Part shown: one piece after another, positions 18,276-29,684 of the stretch
Layout: each line of letters opens with the position of its first letter
Position numbering within the stretch: position 1 is the first letter of the stretch
Assembly: GCA_963840925.1 (NCBI GenBank)
Contig: CAWJAY010000028.1
Span: 43,919 to 75,918 of the forward strand
DNA: 32,000 bases
Source: an uncultured Alphaproteobacteria bacterium
Lineage (GTDB): Bacteria > Pseudomonadota > Alphaproteobacteria > Geminicoccales > Geminicoccaceae
Reading direction: 5' to 3'
The notes under the pieces: generated by a model
The model's database searches: none
Told to the model about the DNA's origin: nothing
What the model saw: the letters and a program-made list of their open reading frames with translations, nothing else
Made by a program: the position numbers and the translations under genes

Positions 18276-18466
18276 GGACTGCCTGACCTCCTCCCAAGCC
18301 GTTCCGCTTAGCTTAGCGCAACGCGCGCCGCGCTCAACAGCAATTCGATGCCGGCGCGAACGGGTCCCCGCCGCGAGTCTGCCTCGTCTCTCCTTAAGCT
18401 AGATTTAGTGCGGCTCGCGGCCGTCAGACAATCGCCGGAATTTGATGCCGGCGTCAGACACGGAGC

Positions 18467-19239
18467 TCAGGCGGGCGCGACCAGACCTGCCCGCCGGTCC
18501 TGGTCGAGCGCATCGCGATCGCGCTCCGCTGGTGGCCCGTAGCCGCCGCCGCCCGGCGTGTGCACGATCAGCCGGCGGCCGGGCGGGATCTCCTGATAGC
18601 CCTTGCCCGCGAGCGGGGTGCCGTCGTCGAGCTCGATGCGCCGGGCGCCACCCGGCGCGCCGCCCGCCCGCCCGCGCGGCGGATGGTCGAGGCGGTCGAG
18701 CGCCGCCCAGATCCCGAACGGCGCGCGGTCGAGCGCCTCGATCTCGATGATCTGACCGTCGCCGCCGCGCTGGCGACCGGCGCCGCCGGAGCCCGGCCGC
18801 AATTCGCGCCGTCGGTAGACGAGCGGCGCGATCTGCTCGGTGATCTCGACCGGGGTGCCGCGCACGCCTGACGGATAGGCGGTCGCCGACAGGCCGTCGG
18901 CGTGCGCCCGCGCGCCCGTGCCGCCATTGTGGACCGCCCGAGCCAGGGGTCGTTGGTGATGTAGACGTCGCCGGGCTGCATCTCTGCGAGCGGAAAGGCG
19001 ACGAGGAAATGGCCGACCGACCTCGCCATCGAGTTGACGTGGCCGGGCGTGCCGGTGACCGCCTGGGCGAGCATCCGTCCCTGCAGATCGAACAACCCGG
19101 CCGAGAGATCGCCGCATTCGCGCACGATCGGGCTGAATGCGGTCCGGAGCAGCGTCATGGCCTGCTCCTCGACCACCGCGATCAGCCGCTGCCACCTCAC
19201 CTGCCGGCGCAGCTCGGCAAGGGCTTCCGTCCGGTTCAC
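18467..19239 (-). pseudogene. hyuB: hydantoinase B/oxoprolinase family gene remnant (internal deletion plus frame change)
   Basis: The N-terminal ~100 aa '...LRTAFSPIVRECGDLSAGLFDLQGRMLAQA...GDVYITNDPWLG' joins directly at ~18935-18937 to 'VHNGGTGARAHADGLSATAYPSGVRGTPVEITEQIAPLVYRRRELRPGSGGAGRQRGGDG...HTPGGGGYGPP', which is in a different frame. The total is 773 nt, whereas this family is ~1.7 kb as I remember it. GTGA start/stop overlap with hyuA. Confidence 0.75.
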
Positions 19240-21389
19240 GGTCGGGCCTCCGCTGGCTGGCGCTCGAGCCAGACATGGCCCTGGCGATCGACCCGGGCGG
19301 CGCAGGCCGGCGGCACCAGGATCGTCGTGTCGGCCTCGGCGATGATCGCCGGACCGTCGAGCGCGGCGCCGGCAGCGAGGTCGTCTCGCCAGTAGACCGG
19401 GACCTTTGCCGGCTCCCCCGCCGCCGGATCGAGCAGCCGCCTCCGTTCAACGCTGCCCGGCACGAACGCTGCCGGCGTCGTCTCTGCCGGCGGCAGCGGC
19501 TCAGCGGCGCTCGCGAGGCTCAGCCCCCAGCTCAGAACCTCGATGTCGAGCCCCGGGATCAGCCGGCCGTAGAGCCTTTCGTAGGCGGTCGCGAAGGCGC
19601 TCTCGAGCCGCGCGCGATCCCCGGCTTGCAGCTCGCGCACCGGCAGGTCGGCCACGATCTCGTGGCCCTGGCCGACATAGCGCATATACGAGATCCGGCT
19701 CTGCTCGAGCCTGGCCCCGGGCGCGGCTGCGCTGACCACGGTCCGCGCTTCGCGCTCCAGCGCTCCGAACACGGCATTGACCGGGCCGGGATCGAAGGCC
19801 GAGAGACGGAGCGGCAGCGAGCGCGCGGCCTGGTAGGCGGCGGGCGCCCGCAGGAAGCCCACCGCCGAGCCGACCCCTGCCGCGGTCGGCACCAGGATCC
19901 GCCGGATGCCGAGCTTCTCGGCGAGCCGCGCGGCATGGATCGGGGCGGCGCCGCCGAAGGCGATCAAGGTCCGCTCGGCGACGTCCTTCTGGGTGTGTGA
20001 GCGTCGTTGGGCGGCGCCGCGCTCGACCGCGTGCACCCGGGCGGCATTGGCCATGGTTTCGTCGACGACCTCCGCGACGCCGAGCGCGGCCAGGCTCGGC
20101 TCGAGGCCGAGCGGGGTCCCGATCTGAGCCTGCAGCGCTTGTCTGGCCAGCTCCGGATCGAGCGCCAGGCGGCCGCCCGCGAAGCTCGCCGGATCGATCT
20201 GGCCGAGCGCCACGTCGGCATCGGTCACGGTCGGCGCGGCGCCGCCCCGGCCATAGCAGGCGGGGCCGGGCTCGGCGCCGGCGCTGGCCGGTCCGACCCG
20301 GATCCGGCGGGTCGTGTCGAGGCGGGCGCTCGCGCCGCCGCCGGCGCCGATCTCGACCATCTCGATCACCGGGATCCGGAGCGGCAGCCCGCTGCCTTTG
20401 ACGAACCGGGCCTGGCGGTCGATCTCGAAATGGCGGGCCGTGGTCGGCTTAAAGTCGTCGATCAGGCAGATGTTGGCCGTGGTCCCGCCCATGTCGAACG
20501 AGAGCACGCGCGGCAGGCCGCATTCGGCGGCGATCCGCGCCGCCAGCACGGCGCCGCCCGCGGGCCCGGACTCGATCAGCCGGATCGGCGCGCGCGCCGC
20601 GTGCGCCACCGTCGTCAGACCGCCGCCGGAGGTCATCAGGAACAACGGGCAGCTCAGGCCGGCGCCGGCCAAGCCCTGCTCGAACCGTTCCAGGTAGCCG
20701 GCGATCCGAGGCTGGACATAGGCGTTGGCGGCGGCGGTCGTGAAGCGCTCGTACTCCCGGATCTCCGGGCAGACCTCGGCGGACAGTGTGAGCCAGAGGC
20801 CCGGCAGCGCGGCGCGCAAAATCTCGGCGCAGCGCCGCTCGTGGGCCGGATTGACGTAGCTGTGGAGAAAACCGATCGCGACGCTCTCGACCTCGAGCGC
20901 CTCCAGGGCTGGCACCAGCGCCTCGACCGCGGCCTCGTCGAGCGCCACCAGGACGGCGCCGTCGGCGGTCAGCCGCTCGGGCACCGTGAGGCGCCGCTCG
21001 CGCGGGATCAGCGGCGGCGTCTTGACCAGATCGAGATCGTACTGGTCAAAGCGGCTCTCGTCGGCGATCGCGAGGACGTCGCGAAACCCCTCGGTCGTGA
21101 CCAAGGCGGTCACCGCACCGGTGCGCTCGAGCACCGCGTTGGTCGCAAGCGTCGTGCCGTGGATCACGAGCCCGACGTCGCTCGGCCGCAGCCCGGCCGC
21201 CTGGAGCACGTGGTCGATGGCCTGCAGGACCGCGCGCTCGGGGGCGGCCGGCGTCGTCAGCACCTTGGCGGTGGTCCGGCGCTCGCCGACCTCGACGACG
21301 AGGTCAGTGAAGGTGCCGCCGATGTCGACGGCAAGTCGCGCCGACGCGCCTTGCTGATGCCCCAACCGGACGCTCCCGATGGTCGCCAC
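19236..21389 (-). CDS. hyuA: hydantoinase A/oxoprolinase family protein
   Basis: 717 aa. 'LAVDIGGTFTDLV', 'SFDMGGTTANICLI' and 'IAFGGAAPIHA' are typical of the hydantoinase_A/ASKHA fold. Confidence 0.9.
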   Translation of the reverse strand: MATIGSVRLGHQQGASARLAVDIGGTFTDLVVEVGERRTTAKVLTTPAAPERAVLQAIDHVLQAAGLRPSDVGLVIHGTTLATNAVLERTGAVTALVTTEGFRDVLAIADESRFDQYDLDLVKTPPLIPRERRLTVPERLTADGAVLVALDEAAVEALVPALEALEVESVAIGFLHSYVNPAHERRCAEILRAALPGLWLTLSAEVCPEIREYERFTTAAANAYVQPRIAGYLERFEQGLAGAGLSCPLFLMTSGGGLTTVAHAARAPIRLIESGPAGGAVLAARIAAECGLPRVLSFDMGGTTANICLIDDFKPTTARHFEIDRQARFVKGSGLPLRIPVIEMVEIGAGGGASARLDTTRRIRVGPASAGAEPGPACYGRGGAAPTVTDADVALGQIDPASFAGGRLALDPELARQALQAQIGTPLGLEPSLAALGVAEVVDETMANAARVHAVERGAAQRRSHTQKDVAERTLIAFGGAAPIHAARLAEKLGIRRILVPTAAGVGSAVGFLRAPAAYQAARSLPLRLSAFDPGPVNAVFGALEREARTVVSAAAPGARLEQSRISYMRYVGQGHEIVADLPVRELQAGDRARLESAFATAYERLYGRLIPGLDIEVLSWGLSLASAAEPLPPAETTPAAFVPGSVERRRLLDPAAGEPAKVPVYWRDDLAAGAALDGPAIIAEADTTILVPPACAARVDRQGHVWLERQPAEARP

Positions 21390-21606
21390 GCAGCCGGTTC
21401 GGCCCGGCCGCGCGGACCATAGCGGCCCTCTTGCGCTGCCGGCAAGCGGTCAGCCCGGCCCGCCTTCAAGCGTCCGCTCTGCCGACGACAAGGGCAGCGC
21501 CGGTTTCCGCGCCAGGTCCGGTTCGACCTGCGAGCTTTTCGCGCGCGGCCTCCCCGGCCGGCCGACGTCCGCCCGAGCGCGGGCGGCGGGGCGAATGCTC
21601 GGGATC

Positions 21607-22122
21607 TCAGCCGGCGTCGAGGCGCGTGCGTTGCAGCAGGCTGCTCAGATCGCTCTGGACGCGCTCGAGCAACGCCAAAAAGCGCGCCTCGCCATGATCA
21701 TAGAAAACATCGTCGGGGTCGGCGACGATGATGTCGCGAAAGCGGTCGACCGCCAGGCGAAGCACCGCCTCGATCTCGTCCAGGCTGTGCGTCGGGGTCG
21801 CGACCACGACGTTTTCCAGATCCTCGACCTGGCGGTCCAAATCCTCGAGATCGGCCTCGATCTGGCTCAGGCCGGCCTCTGCCTCGGTGGTCGACAGGTT
21901 GGCGACCAGGCTGCGGATCTCGTCGTTGGTGAGCCCGACCAGCCGCAATGGCTCGACCGCCCACTCCGGCAGCTGCGCCCGGACCTGCTCCTGGCGACTG
22001 ACCAGAGCCTGACGCCGGCGCTGCAACTCGCGGATGCGCCGCGTCAATAGAATTGAGTTGGTGATCACGCTCGTCCGATCCCCGGTTGGCAACTTGCGGG
22101 ACCGACCCTCGGCGATAGTCAT
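21607..22122 (-). CDS. hypothetical protein
   Basis: The ORF-track GTG at 22128 has its SD too close. The ATG at 22122 has GGAGGA about 7 nt upstream. Normal amino-acid composition, no family recognised. Confidence 0.55.
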   Translation of the reverse strand: MTIAEGRSRKLPTGDRTSVITNSILLTRRIRELQRRRQALVSRQEQVRAQLPEWAVEPLRLVGLTNDEIRSLVANLSTTEAEAGLSQIEADLEDLDRQVEDLENVVVATPTHSLDEIEAVLRLAVDRFRDIIVADPDDVFYDHGEARFLALLERVQSDLSSLLQRTRLDAG

Positions 22123-22726
22123 GGCCACATCCTCCCTACGATGCTGACCCTCTGGCGCTCCGGCGGCTCTGATCGCAATTTACACTTGCCGCCGCTAGTT
22201 CCGTGCCTTGCCGATCAGCTCTACCGCTCTCGGCTCGGTCGAAGACCTGGTTGCGAACCGATGCGCGCTCAACATCCGGAACTCATCGTTGCCTTAATCA
22301 AATCCGTCGGCACAACTTGTTCAAGAGAATTTTTGCTCCTTGGTTTTATTGCTTGAAACTTCGAAAAATTTGATACAAATCCGGCTCTAACGCTTTATGA
22401 CATGACAACGAAAAACCGAGAGATCACACCACGTTACAGTGAGTTCGTGCCGACGGCGGGCGCGATCGGGGCGACGTTCAAGGTCGAGATGGCCGCGTGC
22501 CGCCGGCACTCATCAACTACTGATTGGTCGCAACTCGGATTGCAAATCGCTCGTTTGAACAATCGATGGCGCGCCACCCGGCGCCACCAGTCGCAGCTGG
22601 ACGAAGCCTGAGGCTCTGCCTATTGTCCCGCTCGCCGCCGGCGATCGGTCCGTCCGGCAGGCTGCTGTCCGCGACGATTGACGGTCATCGAATGACGCCG
22701 CCGTCGGGGCCGGAAGGCCCGGAACC

Positions 22727-22808
22727 TGCGAAGTCCGAAGCCGCCCCCGGGGCGGCTTTCGCGTGCCCGAGCGTGCCCCGCCGCTGAGCGGCCTCACCGG
22801 ACTTCGCA
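22727..22808. repeat. nested inverted-repeat / multi-hairpin element
   Basis: The 11-nt perfect inverted repeat TGCGAAGTCCG (22727-22737) / CGGACTTCGCA (22798-22808) encloses two hairpins. One is AAGCCGCCC-ccg-GGGCGGCTT (22738-22758). The other is GCCGC-tga-GCGGC (~22780-22792). Confidence 0.5.
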
Positions 22809-23113
22809 CCTACTTCTGACCGGGGTCATCGTGACTGGCCCAACCAGTATTAGGTTCTTCTTGGTCTGGCGGTTTGGACCTTACTCGACACTCAGGTCAA
22901 AGGACTGTTGCCGGCGCGCTACAGTCCCCAGAGCGATCTGCCGCTCAGCCTGCCTGATCTGGTCCACCTCGACATGTCGATCGAAGACGGGAAGAAGCTC
23001 GTGCACTCGGGCGGCCTCGTCGGGCCGCCCCAGCCGGCGCTGGTCGGCACGCGCGAGCCGCGCTCCCAGCCACCCGTCGGCGACCAGCCGCAGCGCGCGC
23101 CGATCCCGGCGGG

Positions 23114-25312
23114 CTAGCCGGAGCCGAGATAGGCGCTCCCCGCTGGCGGCTCGAACAGCCGCAGCAGCTGGCGCAGCGCCCGTCCGCGCGGGCTCTCCAG
23201 AGCGGGGTCGCGTGCGAGACAGAGGCGGACGTCGGCGCGCGCCGGCGCCAGCAGGTCAGCGTGGGCGGCAAGATCGGCCAGACGCAGCGCCGGCAGGCCG
23301 CTCTGGCGGGCGCCCAGCACCTCGCCCGGGCCGCGCAGCCGCAGGTCCTCCTCGGCGATCCTGAAGCCGTCATCGGTCGCGCGCATGACCTGCAGGCGCG
23401 CCGCGGCGCGATCGGCCCGAGCGGCGGCCATAGAGCAGCAGGCAGGTCGACGGCCGCGGCGCCGCGCCCGACCCGGCCGCGCAGCTGGTGCAGCTGGGCG
23501 AGCCCGAAGCGTTCCGCCTGCTCGACCACGATCACCGTCGCGGCGGCCACGTCGACCCCGACCTCGATCACCGTGGTCGCGACCAGCAGACGGGTCTCGC
23601 CGGCTGCGAAGCTCGCCATCGCCCGCGTCCTTCCGGCCGCCCGCGCAGACGGCCGTGCACCAGCCCGACGATCGGCCCGAACTCGGCCCGGAGCGCCTGA
23701 TAGCGCTGCTCGGCGGCCGCCTGATCGCCTCTGCGGCCGGCTCGCCGCTGCCGATCAGCGGGCAGACCCAGTACAACTGCTCGCCCCGCCCGAGCGCGCG
23801 CGCGACCGCCGCCACAATCCGGTCCAGGCGTGCGAGCGGCAAGGCGCGCGTGCGGATCGGCTGCCGGCCGGGCGGCTTTTGCCGCAGTTCCGAGACCACC
23901 ATGTCGCCATAAAGCGCCAGCACCAGCGTGCGCGGGATCGGGGTCGCGGTCATCACCAGCAGGTCCGGGCATGAACCCTTGGCGGCGAGCCCGAGGCGCT
24001 GATGGACGCCGAAGCGGTGCTGCTCGTCGATCACCGCCAGCGCGAGGTCGGCGAACCCGACGCCCTCTTGGAACAGCGCGTGGGTCCCGACCACGATCCG
24101 GCTCTCGCCGTCGGCAATGTCGGCGAGGCGCCGGGCGCGTTCGGCGCCGCGCTCGCGGCCGGTCAGCAGGGTCGGGTGCAGCCCGGCCGGCGCCAGCAGC
24201 CGGGCGAGCGTTGCCTGATGCTGGCGCGCCAGGACCTCGGTCGGCGCCATGATCGCCGCCTGGCCGCCGGCCTCGACCGCAGTCAGCATCGCCAGCACCG
24301 CGACCAGGGTCTTGCCGCTGCCGACATCACCCTGGAGCAGGCGGAGCATCCGCTCCGGGCCCGCCATGTCGGCCCGGATCGCGGCCAGGACCCGGCGCTG
24401 ACCGGCCGTCAGGCGAAAGGGCAGGGCGCTCACGACCGCCGCGCTGAGCCGGCCATCGCCCGCAAGCGAGCGGCCCGCCCGCGCCGTCGCGCGGCGCCGG
24501 ACCAGTGCCAGCGCCAGCTGGTTGGCGAGCAGCTCGTCGAAGGCCAGGCGCTGGCGCGCCGGCGCATCGAGCGCGACGTCGGCGGCGGTCGTCGGCTGAT
24601 GCAGGCGCTCGAGCGCGGCCTTGAAGCTCGGCCAGCGCCGTTGCTCGAGCCAGGCGCTGCCCTGCCATTCCGGCAGCTCGGGCAGGTCCTCGAGCGCCCG
24701 GCGGACCAGGCTCGCCAGCACCCGCGTGCTCAGGCCCTGGGTCAGCGGGTAGACCGGCTGCAGCGGGCTGCTGCCCTCGTACACCGCCGGCGTCAGGATC
24801 AGCTCAGGATGGACGATCTGCCAGTCGTGCCCGAAGCGGCTGAGCGGCCCGCTGACGATCCGCCTGGCGCCGGCGGGCAGCGCCTGCTGCAGATAGGCGG
24901 CGCGGGCGCGAAAGAACACGAGCTGCAGAGCGCCCGCCGCGGCCCGGCAGCGCACGCGGTAGGGCTGGCGCAGTGCGGCGTTCGGACGGTAGCTGGACTG
25001 CGGCCCTGGCTGGTGCCGCTCGACCACGACCTCGAGCGTCACAAGCTCGCCTTCATGCGCATCAGCATGGCCGGGACGGAGCCGGCGATCGACGACCGCA
25101 TGAGGCAGATGCCAGAGCAGGTCGAGCCGGCGCACGCCGCTATCCGGCAGGCCGACCAGGCGGGCGAGCGTGCGCTCGAGGCTTGGACCCACGCCCTTCA
25201 ACGCGCGCGCCGGCGTGAGCCACGCCAGCAGCGGATCGGGCGGGGTCGGGGCGGCCGCTCCTGCCAGCTCGGCCTTTGAATCCAGCTTCCGATCCGCTAC
25301 ATGCTTGGCCAT
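23114..25312 (-). CDS. recG: ATP-dependent DNA helicase RecG; helicase C-terminal region scrambled by multiple frame changes (possible pseudogene or assembly errors)
   Basis: The ATG at 25312 gives 733 codons. Wedge and helicase motifs include '[11 protein letters not shown]', '[10 protein letters not shown]' and '[11 protein letters not shown]', with the C-terminus '[34 protein letters not shown]'. Between ~23395 and ~23725 the conserved segments '[24 protein letters not shown]', '[24 protein letters not shown]...[16 protein letters not shown]' and 'STCLLLYG' lie in the other two frames. Confidence 0.85.
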   Translation of the reverse strand: MAKHVADRKLDSKAELAGAAAPTPPDPLLAWLTPARALKGVGPSLERTLARLVGLPDSGVRRLDLLWHLPHAVVDRRLRPGHADAHEGELVTLEVVVERHQPGPQSSYRPNAALRQPYRVRCRAAAGALQLVFFRARAAYLQQALPAGARRIVSGPLSRFGHDWQIVHPELILTPAVYEGSSPLQPVYPLTQGLSTRVLASLVRRALEDLPELPEWQGSAWLEQRRWPSFKAALERLHQPTTAADVALDAPARQRLAFDELLANQLALALVRRRATARAGRSLAGDGRLSAAVVSALPFRLTAGQRRVLAAIRADMAGPERMLRLLQGDVGSGKTLVAVLAMLTAVEAGGQAAIMAPTEVLARQHQATLARLLAPAGLHPTLLTGRERGAERARRLADIADGESRIVVGTHALFQEGVGFADLALAVIDEQHRFGVHQRLGLAAKGSCPDLLVMTATPIPRTLVLALYGDMVVSELRQKPPGRQPIRTRALPLARLDRIVAAVARALGRGEQLYWVCPLIGSGEPAAEAIRRPPSSAIRRSGPSSGRSSGWCTAVCAGGRKDAGDGELRSRRDPSAGRDHGDRGRGRRGRRDGDRGRAGGTLRARPAAPAARPGRARRRGRRPACCSMAAARADRAAARLQVMRATDDGFRIAEEDLRLRGPGEVLGARQSGLPALRLADLAAHADLLAPARADVRLCLARDPALESPRGRALRQLLRLFEPPAGSAYLGSG

Positions 25313-25356
25313 CGATCCCGGCAACCCCGCCGGCCTCGGAACCTCACGGAACTCCC

Positions 25357-25626
25357 ATGAGCGAGCCGCTCCCGGTGCGTCGCAAGCGGCTCCTGCATCA
25401 GAGCCGATATCGCGGGCCGGTTGGAAGGCGACCTGCTGCTCGGCCAATTCGCCAGGCAGCACCTCGCCGGCCTTGACCGGATCGGCCTCGATCGCTACGA
25501 GGCGCTGCTCGGCGAGACCGATCAGGACCTGCTCGACTGGGTCTCCGGCCGGGCGCCGGTACCGGCCCGCCACGACCACGACCTGTTCCAACGGCTGCGG
25601 ACCTTCCGGTTCGTCGACGCACAGGA

Positions 25627-25630
<4 letters not shown>
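25357..25630 (+). pseudogene. sdhE: FAD assembly factor SdhE (DUF339), frame-disrupted
   Basis: 'MSEPLPVRRKRLLHQSRYRG' (ATG 25357) is in one frame. 'LEGDLLLGQFARQHLAGL...YEALLGETDQDLLDWVSGRAPVP' continues in another frame to the stop at 25630. Length is 274 nt (3n+1), with the junction at ~25411-25421. Confidence 0.75.
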
Positions 25631-29169
<3,539 letters not shown>

Positions 29170-29226
29170 GGCGAGGCTTGGCTTCCGCCGCCAGTTGCGC
29201 AAGGTTCAGATCCTGGAGGAACCTGG

Positions 29227-29682
29227 ATGGCAAAGGTGCTCGAACGGGAGGAGTCGCTGCACGAGCAGGATCTGCTGGCCTGGGCCGAGCAGCAGGCGGC
29301 GCATCTGCGGGCGGGCGATCTCGACCGGGTCGACGTGGCGCATCTGATCGAAGAGCTGGACGCTATGGCGGGCAACCTGCGGCGTGAGCTCAAAAACCGC
29401 CTGCGGATTCTGCTGGCGCACCTGCTGAAATGGCAGTTTCAGCCCCGACGGCGTTCCCGCAGTTGGGCAGCGACGATCGCCGAGCAGCGCGCTCAGATTG
29501 AGGACCTGCTGGAAGAGAGCCCGAGCCTCAGGCGCGAGCTTGAGGCTGCAGCGCGAGCCGCTTGGCCGCAGGCGCGCAAACGCGCGGCGATCGAGACCGG
29601 GCTGCCGCTGGAGAGCTTTCCGATCGATCTGCCGTATGCTTTGCGCCGGATTCTGGAGGACCAAGGCGAGGGCGTCACCTGA
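29227..29682 (+). CDS. DUF29 domain-containing protein
   Basis: SD GGAGGA lies 6 nt upstream of the ATG. 'EQDLLAWAEQQAAHLRAGDLDRVDVAHLIEELDAMAGNLRRELKNRLRILLAHLLKWQFQPRRRSRSW' matches the DUF29 signature as I remember it. Confidence 0.85.
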   Translation: MAKVLEREESLHEQDLLAWAEQQAAHLRAGDLDRVDVAHLIEELDAMAGNLRRELKNRLRILLAHLLKWQFQPRRRSRSWAATIAEQRAQIEDLLEESPSLRRELEAAARAAWPQARKRAAIETGLPLESFPIDLPYALRRILEDQGEGVT

Positions 29683-29684
29683 AG

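Noticed and set aside
16906-18297. A 463-aa minus-strand ORF. Similar long Arg/Pro/Gly-rich ORFs include 620..1786 +, 2767..4047 +, 7020..8135 +, 20007..21422 + and 15616..16476 -.
   Set aside because: All overlap genes with clear family motifs in another frame or strand. They have non-protein-like composition and no SD-start arrangement. They are high-GC artefacts.
22738-22758. The hairpin AAGCCGCCC-ccg-GGGCGGCTT as a Rho-independent terminator.
   Set aside because: Only three T residues follow, and two of them are part of the stem. There is no obvious upstream gene to terminate. It is also nested inside a larger inverted repeat, so it is reported as a structural element rather than as a terminator.
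22390-22810. A possible tmRNA (ssrA) or RNase P RNA. The grounds were the expected size, 'GGGGCGACGTTCAAGGTCGAG' at ~22468 resembling a tmRNA 5' end, and 'GCGAAGTCCG' resembling the RNase P P4 'GAAAGUCCGG'.
   Set aside because: There is no T-arm/acceptor 3' strand (GGTTCRAnnCC...CCA) on either strand. No tag ORF of the alphaproteobacterial ANDN...AA type is present. The RNase P motifs GGUAAGAGC and ACAGAA are absent. The similarity is too short to support either call.
22881-23113. An open minus-strand frame just downstream of recG: '...[72 protein letters not shown]'.
   Set aside because: The only in-frame start is a late GTG, which would give ~40 aa. There is no SD and no family recognised. 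It could be a gene remnant, but I cannot support a CDS call.
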